From positions 1-64,000 of the forward strand of contig JAPEUD010000050.1 of NCBI GenBank assembly GCA_026026165.1: a stretch of DNA of 64,000 bases, written 5' to 3'. This document shows positions 51,074 through 63,224 of this stretch, piece by piece. The notes beneath the pieces are model-generated. The model was given only the letters and a program-made list of their open reading frames with translations. It did not search any database and had not been told where the DNA came from. The stretch is from Sarea resinae (Eukaryota). Both the position numbers and the translations under genes were made by a program. Position 1 is the stretch's first letter. Every line of letters starts with the position of its first letter.

Positions 51074-51766
51074 GATGGATGGCTTAACTCGATGGGAGAA
51101 GTTGTCGTCGTTGTAGAACGACAGAGCAGAAGAGCGCGGACAGCTGTTTTTATCTGCCGGGCCTGCCGGCTCATCGTGCGATTTGAGCTGGACGAGCTCA
51201 TCTTACTGGAGAGCGATCAATTGCACTTGTCGCTTCTGGGCCCTGGTCCCGTCGTCATTACTGTCGAGATCGATCTCGCTACCCCGAGCTAAGAACGTTG
51301 ATCGGTGGTAGACCGTTGACCTTTACTTGCACCCCGCCGTTCGCAATCTTGCTCTCCTTTACATTACAACCCAGTATCATCAGTATCGTCAATCTGCATT
51401 CAATATTAGTAAATTACGAGATGACAGGAGTGAATCAAGAAGCTTCATACAATGTCCCGCAACAGCCATCATGCACACTGAGCCCAGCCAAAAGAACGCC
51501 TCCGAGGGCTGGGCGTACCTAGCTCACGGGTCCACCGCCATCACGCCAGACTTCAAAATTTGGTCAACGAATGTATCTATTGATAATGCTACCGGCAGAT
51601 CTATTGATACGACATCTCAGACTCGACTCCATTGGCCCTTGCCCATTTCAAGTTCCCCGTTTCTACCTTTCCCACATCACCTGTTTCCGCCAAAAGACTT
51701 CCCCTCATCAGTTCGGTCCCAACACGGAACAGACAAGCCGGGAAACAACCAAAGTAGTTATCGGCT

Positions 51767-54113
51767 TCAATCATCATTCACAGCATCCCGCCATATCGCC
51801 TCAGCAGTCTTGAGAGCGCGTTCCCTCTCTGAGATCTCCTGCTGCTCCATCGATTTATAGAGCTCGACGGTGGAGTTCCTCAGGGCCTCCTCGTCCAGTA
51901 AACCGAGACCGGCTGGGTTGCGAAGCTCACCTAGGACCCTTGTCCCTCCGAGCACGCGAGATGGGACCGGGGATGGGCAAGTTGATAGCGCGAGTGGAGA
52001 TGGTGTGGGTGGAGTGAAAGATTTGGATTCGGGTAGTGGGAATGAAGAGGGAGCATTGGCTTTGATGACGGACTCCATGGCTTGGACTTGGTCGCCGGCG
52101 AGTTCCTCTGAGGCTAAGTCCTCAGCAACTGACTCCTTGAAGCTAGAGGTTTCCTCCGAAGCTTCGATGCCAGTAACTTCCTCCCCAATCTTGACGGTAG
52201 AAACTTCCTCGGACGCCTTTCTGTTTCGAACTTGGCGTTGGTCTTCGAGGATCATCTGCCCGAGGCTAGAATGCTGTTCTTTCCTCAAAATTGGACGCTT
52301 ATCGATTCCGTCGAAGATGGGTAGGGGTTTACTACCAGTTCGAATACCCTTGCTTTCGTTGCCCCTCTTCTGATTCGTCTTTGAGCGCTGTGACCGAAAA
52401 AGTGAACCAAATTCTTCCTTGAAAAGACTCTTTCTAGCCTTCTTTTTGGGTTCGGCCTTATCAGCTTCGATAGTCAGCGATCCAGGCTTCGAACCAGGCT
52501 TCTTTGGACTTTGGTGTACCACCGTGACGGGGCTCGAAGTACGCGTGTTCTCTGATGACTTCTCAAGGAGCGGTGTCTCGGGAACGGAAACTTTGGCCCC
52601 GGATTCTTCGGAAGACCGCGCCGAATCAAGGAGTACTCCATCGTCTGTACGCGCTTGTGGGTCTGCGAAGATGTTGGAATTCTCTTTAAAGACTGGCTCA
52701 TCGTTCGCGCGAGCGCTCAATGTCATTAACAGGCGTGAGCTCCAACTCTTTACGCTAGATGTCAGACTATTGCTCCGCGTGATTTGCGGATGATGAGGGC
52801 CAGGCCCACATTCTAGCTTGTTGAGCTCGGAAACTTTGCGTCTGACGTAGCCAGCATTTTCACCCGCGAGCTGAAGAAAGCTTTGTACTGACGATTTCCT
52901 GATAGACCCATCCCTTTCGCAGTGGTCAGAGTCTGACAGGTTCCTGAACTGGTCCGACATGAGGGATGACTGTGAGGCGAGACGCTGTGATATGCGCATG
53001 TTGTAGAGATGGACCGACGAGGTAGCGGCATGACCACGGCTATGAACGATGGTTTCGGCCTGACTCGAGCGCACGTCTTCGAATCCGGTGACTCTAGCTA
53101 GCTCATGGACGTCCTCTATATCTCCCTCTAACTTATGAGCATCCTTGGACAAGCTAGTTCCTTGAAGACGGCTCTCTTCCAGCGAGAGTTTCCATTCGCC
53201 TTGTTGCGATACTCTAGAAATACTTGGCAAGCGATAGAAGTCCATTGGTGGTGTTGAACTAAAGCGAGCAGGCTCAGGTAATATCGCAGGTGAGAGTTGC
53301 TCGTTGCACAGTGGGTCAACTGCAGTAGCTTGGGATGAGAATGTCCTAGAAGTCAATCTTGGAGGAATAAAGGCCGTGTTAGGCATTCGCAGCGAAGCGA
53401 CTCCTGTGTTCAGTCGAGTTGAACCCATCAAGCTTAAAGCCTCGACCGGCGTAGGTATGAATTCGGCGTCATTGTCATACCCTCCAAGTTCTGCGCTTAC
53501 GTCGGATAGAATCTCCTCCTTTCGTAAACGGCCGGGTTTTGGTCCCTGCGTTCCTGCGATTATGCCAACATTTTTACCACGCTTTCCCGCCGCTTTTGCC
53601 TTGGCACTCTTTTTCGAGATCTCAGAATCCCGTGACAGCCTCTTGCGGACCTTTGAGTTGAGCTCACGTATTTTATGTGCGCTCTTCCTGTGGTTGACCT
53701 TCTCTTTTGGGCTTTTGATCGACTCTTCTGGATTCAGAAGGGTTATGGGAGTCATCTGATATCCAGGTTCGGGCGAAGAGCCATCAAAGATCCTCTGAAT
53801 CACAGAAAACTCATCACTGCTGTGAGATGCATAGCCATCTTGGATCTCTTGAGTAGAGGATGGATCCAAAAGCCGACGAGCCTGAGGAGCGCGAGTTCGC
53901 GCATTAGCAGGAGGAGGGGATGGGCTCTGATCCCCACAACAACCACAAAAGACAGTCATATCCGCACTTTGGTTAAAATATATATAAGAGTGTCAGTCAA
54001 CAAGCCTGCTGCTGTTACAGCGAGACATGAGATTGAATAGAAAGTCTTTATTTGGTGAGATTCCTTTTGCGAAGATAGCTGAGTAGAGGATGCTGTGTTT
54101 ACAAGATTGACAT
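51767..54113 (-). CDS. Hypothetical, largely disordered ~735-aa protein
   Basis: 730-aa ORF at 51767-53959. A probable short first exon (ATG TCA ATC TT|GTAAAC at 54113-54103; branch CTGAC; acceptor AAG at about 53967) gives MSIFADMTVFCGCCG. No domain recognised. Confidence 0.72.
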
Positions 54114-55221
54114 CAGAAGAAGGACAGACACGAGTCCAGGAGTCCAGTATTAGCGGTTGTCCTTCCTGTTACGGATATTTCGAGCCCGTTGTGGCCAAGA
54201 GCGCGGCTCCCGAATAAGCGGCAAGCGCCATCCTTCCTGCTGCAGACATCTCGCGGCGGTGCTGTTCGAGAGCGACTCCCCAATGAATGGCGGTTGCCCT
54301 ACATCCTGTTCTTGATAGCCTGAGGCTGTCATGCCTACCTACTTCGTACATACCTTACCTTTACTACCTGCCTATGTAGGTAGTAAGGTAGGTACCTACA
54401 CTCAGAGCGTGAGTCCTAAATGAGCGTCTTTCTTTCTACTTATTTTACCTTACCGAAGCTGGAAATCTGAAGACTGTGGTGGCCAGAAGATTGCCTTCCA
54501 GAGGAGCAGTAAATACGTACCTAGAGTAATCTCGATATCACATTCTCGAGACTATGATGGTCATGAGAGTCAATTCCCACAGAAGGGTGGTTGCCCATCG
54601 TAGGTATGGCAATCTGAGGCAATCCCTGGAGTAGGAGCGTAATGATATGCCAGTAGTGGTTGCCTCCTATGTAAATCAGTCTCTGCTCGGAAAGTACAGT
54701 GATACGGTATTTCGTAAGATAATCCCTGTCTGTAAGCTGAAAGGCCCCTCGGCAGAAGCGCGTTCGTTGACCTATTGAAGGTGGTGATGGTGTAGCATGG
54801 TGTAGTGCTTTTGGTGTGCACCGAGTATGAGTAGGTATGCACCCTTGCACCCTTGTGCTTTCCATCTCATCTACCGCAGTGTGTACGGATAGACACTTTC
54901 AACTACTTCCTCGAACCGTAGGTAGCTACACGAAGATCTCTGTTGGGCAGTATCGCCAAGTGCCTCGGGGTACATTCCCTCTGGATCATTACCCCGATTA
55001 CTACTGAAGGAGAGGGACGGAGTACCTTTCGTTGCGAGTGCTCCCATCGGCGACTTTATCATGCTCATTAGCCTTGGCCCTCACTTTACTCCGGTTACGG
55101 GATACGGAGTGGGGTGGGCGTCAAGCGATCCATGATGTGAATGGTTGTGCCCGCCAGTTGCTGGGCGAGAATGGTATGAAGTACTTCCGACATGGTGGGG
55201 TACCTCTGACGCCGGGTCAAC

Positions 55222-55231
55222 ATGGCGCAAT
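55222..55231. promoter_or_regulatory. Candidate CYS3/MetR (sulfur-regulon bZIP) binding site upstream of MET6
   Basis: ATGGCGCAAT is one mismatch from the CYS3 palindromic consensus ATGRYRYCAT and lies about 320 bp upstream of the MET6 ATG. Confidence 0.45.
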
Positions 55232-55542
55232 TCGCTTGTTCTCTCTGTCCCCTCGTCCCACCAAAACTAAGCCCCACCATCGATAGAATTACCACCTTTG
55301 ATTCATCCTACAACCTTCCCCCCCTCTTCCGAAAATCAATCCTCTCTTCTTTTTTCCCGCACCATAACCACAGCATTGCCCAGAGTCTGATCATCTCGTC
55401 AGACCCATTTCCATTGTCGATTCGATCAGTCTAGGTCGAGCGACTGCACTCTGAGAGTTGGAAAGGAATCTTACTTCCAACCAGAGTAACGATATTCTTA
55501 CGAAGAATCCCCAATCCCGTCCGACCTCGTCACTTCTCCACG

Positions 55543-58103
55543 ATGGTCCAATCGTAAGTTGAACTTGGTTTTGACTGCCTGTCCTGATCGTCGAACTCTG
55601 CTGATGATCCTACAGATCTATCCTCGGTTTCCCCCGCATGGGTGTGAACCGTGACCTCAAGAAAGCCACCGAGGCCTACTGGGGTGGGAAGCTTTCACAG
55701 GCTGACCTTCTTGCTGAGGGGAAGAGACTCCGACAAGAGCACTGGAAGATCCAGAAGAATGCTGGCGTTGATATCATCCCCAGCAACGACTTTTCGTTCT
55801 ACGATCATGTCTTGGATCACATTCAGCTCTTCAGCGTAAGCCAATCCATGCCTCGAACTTTGGGACTGAATCTAAATGTGTGACTTCCGCTTGTAGGCTA
55901 TCCCTGAGAGATACTCTAAGCACAAGCTCGACCCCATTGACGAATTCTTCGCCATGGGCCGAGGACACCAGAAGCCTTCCAAGGATGGCGCTGCTGCTGT
56001 TGATGTTCCTGCGTTGGTACGTGCTTACAGGTCTACCATTATCAAGGACGATCTCTGACTAGTTCAACAGGAGATGGTGAAGTGGTTCGATTCGAACTAC
56101 CACTACGTCAAGCCTACCTTCCAAGATGGACAGACCTTCAAGCTTCAATCCAACCCCAAGCCTTTGGCCGAGTTCCTCGAGGCGAAAGAGGCTGGTGTCG
56201 TCACTCGCCCAGTCGTCCTTGGACCGGTCTCATTCCTTGCTCTAGGCAAGGCCGATCGTGGACAAACCGTTGATCCGCTTTCCCTTCTTGAGAAGCTCCT
56301 GCCTGTTTATGAAGAACTTTTGGCCAAACTCAAAGAGGCCGGCGCTGAGACAGTTCAGATCGACGAGCCTGTTCTGGTCTATGATATTACACCGAAGGTC
56401 AAGGCCGCGTTCAAGCCTGCATACGAGAAACTCATCAGCCTTGGCGGCAAGATTCCCCAGCTTGTCCTTGCAACCTACTTTGGAGACATCGTCCACAACT
56501 TTGATGTTCTTCCTCATCTCCAGGGCCTTTATGGTCTCCACATTGATCTGGTCCGCAACCCAGAGCAGCTTGAGACGGTGATCGGCCAACTTGGTTCAAA
56601 GCAAGTGCTCTCTGTTGGTATCGTTGACGGTCGTAACATCTGGAAGACCAACCTCAAGCGAGCCATCGAGACGGTCGAGACCGCAGTGCAGAAGCTGGGC
56701 AAGGACCGAGTCATTGTTGCTAGCTCAAGCTCCCTTCTACATGTCCCTCACACTCTCGACAGTGAGAAGAAGCTTGACGCTGAGGTCAAAGATTGGTTCT
56801 CCTTTGCTGTGCAAAAGGCCGACGAGCTCGCCATCATCGCCAAGGCTGTTACCGATGGCCCAGCAGCTGTTCGTGAGCAACTTGAGGCTAACGCCAAGTC
56901 TGTCAAGGCTCGTGCGGAATCGAAGCGCACGAATGACCCCAAGGTCAAGGATCGCCAAGCCAAAGTCAGCGATGAGATGTATAACCGCAAGTCACACTTC
57001 CCCACGCGATATGCGGAACAGAAGAAGCACCTGGATCTGCCACTATTCCCCACCACCACCATTGGTTCCTTCCCTCAAACCAAGGAGATTCGTGTCCAGA
57101 GGAACAAGTTCACCAAGGGCGAGATCTCTGCCGAACAATATGAGAAGTTTATCGAGAAGGAGATTGACGAAGTCATCAAGGTCCAGGAGGACCTAGACCT
57201 TGATGTCTTTGTCCACGGAGAACCTGAGCGAAATGACATGGTCCAATACTTTGGTGAGCGTCTGACAGGTTATGTCTTCACCACCCATGCCTGGGTCCAG
57301 AGTTACGGTTCGCGCTGTGTCCGCCCTCCAATCATCGTGGGAGACATTTCACGGCCCGCCCCAATGACTGTCAAAGAGTCCAAGTATGCTGCCTCGGTGG
57401 CCAAGAAGCCCATGAAGGGTATGCTTACTGGACCGATCACCTGTCTGCGATGGTCTTTCCCTCGTGATGATGTTCACCAGTCCGTGCAAGCTCAGCAGCT
57501 CGCGTTGGCCCTTCGTGACGAGGTCATTGACTTGGAGGCTGCCGGTATCTACGTCATCCAGGTTGACGAGCCAGCTCTCCGTGAGGGTCTGCCTCTGCGA
57601 GCTGGTCTCGAGCGTGAGAACTACCTCTCGTGGGCTGTCAAGTCGTTCCGCCTTTCAACCGCCGGCGTCAATGACTCGACCCAAATCCACTCTCACTTCT
57701 GCTACTCCGAATTTCAGGATTTCTTCCACGCTATCGCAGCGTTGGACGCAGATGTCCTTAGTATTGAGAACAGCAAGAGCGACGCTAAGCTGCTCAAGGT
57801 CTTTGTTGACGAAGCTTACCCACGACACATTGGTCCTGGTGTCTATGACATCCACTCGCCTCGTGTCCCCAGTGAGCAGGAAATCAAGGACCGCATTGCA
57901 GAGATGCTCGAGTAAGTTCAAATTCTATCTACCCTTCCTAGCATGTAGTCTAATCCTCCGTTAGGTACCTCAAGCCAGACCAGCTCTGGATCAATCCCGA
58001 CTGCGGCCTCAAGACTCGTCAATGGAGCGAGACTAAGGCTCAGCTCACCAACATGGTGAACGCCGCCAAATTCTACCGCCAAAAATACGCCAAGTCCACT
58101 TAG
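55543..58103 (+). CDS. MET6: Cobalamin-independent methionine synthase; 5 exons
   Basis: [76 protein letters not shown], the zinc ligand motif HFCYSEF, and [11 protein letters not shown]. Confidence 0.99.
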
Positions 58104-58918
58104 AAATACCACAATGGCTCAAGGCCACGATGATGTATGATGATGATATGAGGACGATGTTCAACAACAGCATGGCTTGGTGGGGATGGCATTTTCGTGG
58201 TCTTTTGGACGACCTGATCTCAACATCGGCGTTTTAGTGAGCGGCTTCGAATTCGGCTCTTTTTTTTCTCAAAAGTTCTATCCCGGTGCGTTCAACAACG
58301 CAGCGCTTGCTTGTCTTGGCAAGCGAATGGCCCCTTGCTCATCCAGGGATGTTTCCATTGAAGGCTTTAGAGGCCTTGCTGATGCAGGGTGAGAGAGACA
58401 CGTCTCTGAAGTCCTGTAGACTCGTAGATAGATACATAATATCAAGTCGCGGATAAGTGATCAGCGCAAGGTTGAAGATGACAATGTGTACTGCAAGAAT
58501 GCGACATGAGAAGCTGTAGAGGAAGCTTCTGTTGGCCTTGGGCGTTCGAATCAACCCGATTGATATCCATATACGGTAGCCGAGTCCACGTTAGACTGGG
58601 AACTGCCGCGTAATACTTATTCCGGCATGTCGCTCGCTCCCGTCAACTCCCACTGCAATGTTTGTTTAGTCCCCACGAGGAGACGTCCATGCCATCTCCG
58701 TATCTGACCGCATCGACTGCCTAGTCGGCCCTTGAGAGTTGCACGGTCGAAGGCGCCACATGTGATATCAGATGGAATCTCACTCTCCTCGGATCCGGCG
58801 CCTACGCTCTTTGATCGCTCTTTCGACGTGATTTATTACCGATTCTCTTCATTGTCGCTCCTTGCATTCGTCCTGCTTTGTACAAGATACCAGGGTCCGC
58901 GCACCCGGGGTGACCTCG

Positions 58919-61589
58919 ATGCGTTCCTCAATAACCTCCAGACTGCGGGGCTCCTCTCTCAGCTCGGTCCCTCCTGCACAGGATTCCTCCAACTATTCTA
59001 CTTCGCTGGCCAGCCTTGCAGCTCAAATCCTCTATCGCTCGCCTTTGCCCTCGAAAGACGGCCTCCCGATATTCGTTCTGAACGCGGCCGCCTTTCCCGA
59101 CGCCAAAGATGTCTACTACGATGCTTTGCTACCGTACGTTCTTTCGAGGTTACCTGGCGAAGATGAATTGATAGGGGGGAGAGGATATGAGGTGATTTTC
59201 TTTGCTAGCGGAGGTGGTGATGGCCCCACGGCCGCGAGAAAAGGGCGACCGGGTTGGGGATGGTTCGTTCAGGCATATCATGTCCTGACCCGGGCAATGC
59301 GAAAGAGATTGCAAAAGCTATACATTGTGCATGAGCGGAGCTGGGTTCGGGTATTGGTCGAGATGTTCTCGACTATCGTGAGCCCAAAGTTCAGGAAGAA
59401 AATAGTCCATGGTGAGTAGATAGAGACTATAGCAGCTAGCCATCGCTAACTAGGAGCGGCCAGTATCATCACTCACGAGCCTGGCCCTGTATCTACCTAT
59501 TGAAGACCTCCTGATTCCGCCATCGGCGTATCTTCACGACAGGCGTCTTTCCCCCGACATATATGCTCCTTACGTCACTGGCAAAAGGGCATTTGCAGCG
59601 AAGGAGCCGTTGCCTCGAAACGTAGCCGGAGAACTCAGGCTACCAAGAGTGCTACGAGAGACCTCAGCTTTCGTTCTGATGGATGAGAATCCCAAAACTG
59701 AGGGTATCTTCAGGATACCACCCCACTCAAGACTGCTTAATATCCTTCGGGAAGCCTACGACAGAGGACAGAAATTTATCGTCTGGAAAGAACAGAATAC
59801 TGTTCTTCCTGCCTACGGCATTGGGAAGGGCACGACCATTGACAAACTCGACATTGAGGAAATCAAACGAACGGACGGCTACGGGGTCTTGCTTGCTGCG
59901 GGACTAATAAAGCTGTGGTACAGAGAACTCCTCAATCCTGTCTTTCCACAGCATACATATAGGGAATTGGTGAACGTGGCAGGCCGTGAAGACGAAACTA
60001 TTGAGCAGTCTCGACTGGTAGAGCTCTTCTCTCCACACTCGCAGTGGTCGGTACTCCCGATGAGCTCTCGGCTGATTGTCACGAGGCATCTACTACCCCT
60101 TCTCTCGAAGGTCGCGAGTTTCCAAGAGTACAATCAAATGACTCCTTTCAACCTTGCCATTTGTTTCAGCCCTGCTCTCATCTGCGGACCGGATCCTGTA
60201 GAAGATGCAAAGATTAACGGCATCCTCTGCCGAGTACTTGAATCGGCTATTCAGCAATGGGAAGAGGGATTAAGAGAGGCTTGTGGTGTTGAAGCAAGCA
60301 TGTTCGACCACGCACTGCAGGGGCCTCCGAATGATGATGATTACGAAGATCCGTTGGAGCCAGAGCATCGGACCTCGGCGATCGATAACGCAGACGCATT
60401 TCAAATGCGCGACAATGGCCTTGAGAGTGGCGTAACTATGCAAGAAGCTGACAAGAAACCGCCGCTTCCCTACCGGTTCCACCTGAAATCCGATGAGAAG
60501 ACCGACATTGATGATATCAGGAGGAAGCCGGCACCGTCGTTGAGTCAACCTCCTCGCTACTCGATGGTGATCGAGGATGGAACTTTGCTACCGGTATCAC
60601 CTTCTAGCACGTCAACTACTTCGGATAGTTTCCAAGGCCCGACGCTGTCAATCACGGATTCGGACACAAATCCCGACATCAGAATCGCCACTATTGACAC
60701 TGTCGACACCCATGATACCGAATTGACTCCCTCCCCCAAACGAAAGCCAGTCAAGACAGAACAAAGCATCGAAACAGCTTTCGAAGGATCAGAAGCCCGC
60801 AGGCAGCGAAAAGCCAGTGATCCAGGACCCATCAGCATCAAGAGAAAACCACTCCAGCCTCCTTCCCCGACAGATCCTTCCCCCGTGCATTCAGTGGCTT
60901 CTATATCATACAGCACCGAACTCTCGGAATCTCTGGGCAGAATAATGCAGAAACAGCGTTCAGCCAGCGAGCGTTCCAACGCACCGCCACAACTACCAAC
61001 ACCCGAAATCTCCGTCGACGGCAGCAACGACGAAGCCGAATTCCTCAAACCAGACATCCCGGCTGTTGACCGCGGCCGAGCGCGCTCCCTCTCCAAAGTC
61101 CCAACTATCCAGCGCCTGGCCCAGCCCATCTATCCTTCATCCTCGACGTCCTCGAATCCGTCCCGCTCGACCTCGACCCACAATACGAGCAGCGCATTCA
61201 CGACGCCCTTCACGACGCCCTTCAACACCACCACCAACTCCTCAACCTCGTCATCTCTCCCCGCGCCCCACTTCCCCAAAAAGCGCGTGCCCTCGCCCGC
61301 GCTCACATCACGCATGCCTTCGCTATCCTTTTCCAACAACACCGACACCAACACGAATGATCCCGGCACAGAAACCACGGCGCCCCCGCACCGCTCGAAA
61401 TCCGACGCCGGGCCTCTTTCCTCGCGGCTGCCGCCGCCGCCCAGACGGCTGAATCTGAAGCTCGGTCAGGGCTCCGTGGATGATCTCCGGAGGCTGTATG
61501 AGGAGAGAGCTAGGGCTGCGGGATCGTTGGTCGAGGCTGGGAAGGGGTCCGCTGGTGGTGGTGGTGGTGGTAATGTAGGAGGGAGATGA
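58919..61589 (+). CDS. RhoGAP with N-terminal divergent CRAL-TRIO (BCH-like) domain, Ecm25-like; 2 exons
   Basis: N-terminal LPIFVLNAAAFP...YEVIFFAS...LQKLYIVH..WVRVL...SPKFRKKIVH. RhoGAP arginine finger EGIFRIP, KLWYREL and NQMTPFNLAICFSPAL. Pro/Ser-rich tail. Confidence 0.9.
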
Positions 61590-62240
61590 GGGTGATGGTT
61601 GGTGTTGATAGATCGTCATATAGGGGAATGGGGGGGTTGCTTTGCGGATGGATGGATGCACGGCTGCTGCAGTGGGGGACAGACGGGGCATAGCGGATGG
61701 TGTTCCAGGCCCTTCCACGATTGGATCGTCTTTCTCTCTTCTCTCTTTCTCCTCTTTCTTCTCCTTTTCCCTCCTCCTTTTTCTTCTCCCTTTTCCTTCT
61801 ACCTTTCTTGTCCCCCATTGGTCGGTTCATTCTCGAGCCCGCGTCCGTCCGTCCGTCCGTCTGTGGGTGGCCAAAGGGCTAGATCTAGGTTGAGTTGAGG
61901 TGGTCTGATTCGGTTTGGTCTGGTTTATTGTTTGGGTAGGTTGGCTGTTGGGGTGCTTTGGGTAGTTCTTCGGTTTTCAGCAAAGCAGGCATTTACTTAG
62001 TATAGCGAGTGCGTGAATGCCAAATCGTTAATAGTATTTACTGTTTATGACTTTTACTTGTTTACTCTGCAGACCGTACTACTGTTGCTACTGCTGCTGC
62101 TGCTGTTGCTACTCCTCCTCCTCCTCTTCCTCCTCCCCATCGTCCCCCTCCTATTAGACTCAACCACTACTAGGACCACCTCGAACAGAAGTGGGCAGGA
62201 TCATCCTCTCGACCGGAGAATAGCTGGACAAGGACACGTG

Positions 62241-62274
<34 letters not shown>

Positions 62275-62999
62275 TTCTTGCTACTTTCTTCACGTGAGGA
62301 TTTCTAAATCGGTTGTTCTCAATTGGATTCAAGATGACGGATCCGAAAATCTAATCTGATGGATGGATGATTCTATGTGCAAATACCCCGCTAAGAAAAT
62401 GAAAATGAAAACGAAAACGGCACCAGACGAGACGAGATGAGACGAGACGAGAGAAGACGCCTCCGCTAAACCGGTCAAAACCTGGGGACGTAACGAGAAA
62501 TGTGGAAAAGTGAAATCTAAACTGTAGGCCATGAAACGTGAACGGTGAATCGTTGACCCGTGGACCCCGAATGGATTGGGAGGAATTGAAACCCGTGAGT
62601 GAGCAATGCGAAGACCGAATGGATTGGACAACCAGACAAACAAATTGAGGAATAGGCAAATTGATCGACGAGGGCTTTGGGGAAGTGGAGAAAGAGAAAA
62701 GACGGAAAAGGAGAAGAGGGCATTTGGCTGGGATTTAAGCTCGGGCTTGGCTTTGTGTGTCTTTTGGGCTGAGTCCTTTCCTTTCTGTTTTGGTTGGATG
62801 TGAGAAGGTGTGAGGGGGTGAGGGTGTGAGTGCGGTGGTGATGATGACGAAGATGTATGCGGAGAAAGGCCGCGGTTATCCATGGAGAAGACTGTAGCTG
62901 TAGATGGACGAGGAAGGGGTGGAGATCGCTGTCATGGACGCCTTGGCTTCCGCCTCCTCCGGCATTTCTGGATCGACGTCCCTTTCAGCCCTCAAGAAT

Positions 63000-63224
63000 T
63001 CACAGCTCCTCCAAGCCCCACTCCAACGTGACGTCCTCGCTACACTCGGGACAATAGTAATTGCTCAGGCCCGTACACGTCGCCTGCAGATTCCGACACA
63101 TGTCGACGGACCACGAGTCCGCGCTGTGGGCCGACAGCGTGTGGTTCGGGCAGATCTCGATCGTGTGGTCCCAGATGTACGTGCTGTGGTTGCAGCAGTA
63201 CCACGAGTAGGTGTAGGAGCACAT
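63000..63224 (-). CDS. Small Cys/His-rich putative metal-binding protein (MC-x8-CNH...CPxC type), 74 aa
   Basis: ATG in good context (AAAC ATG). Canonical 5'-UTR intron at 63323-63258 (GTAAGT...GCTGAC...CTAG) and TATAA at about 63425. 8 Cys and 4 His in 74 aa. Confidence 0.78.
   Translation of the reverse strand: MCSYTYSWYCCNHSTYIWDHTIEICPNHTLSAHSADSWSVDMCRNLQATCTGLSNYYCPECSEDVTLEWGLEEL

Noticed and set aside
58538..58560. GTTCGAATC resembling a tRNA T-loop / B box
   Set aside because: No cloverleaf stems or A box around it.
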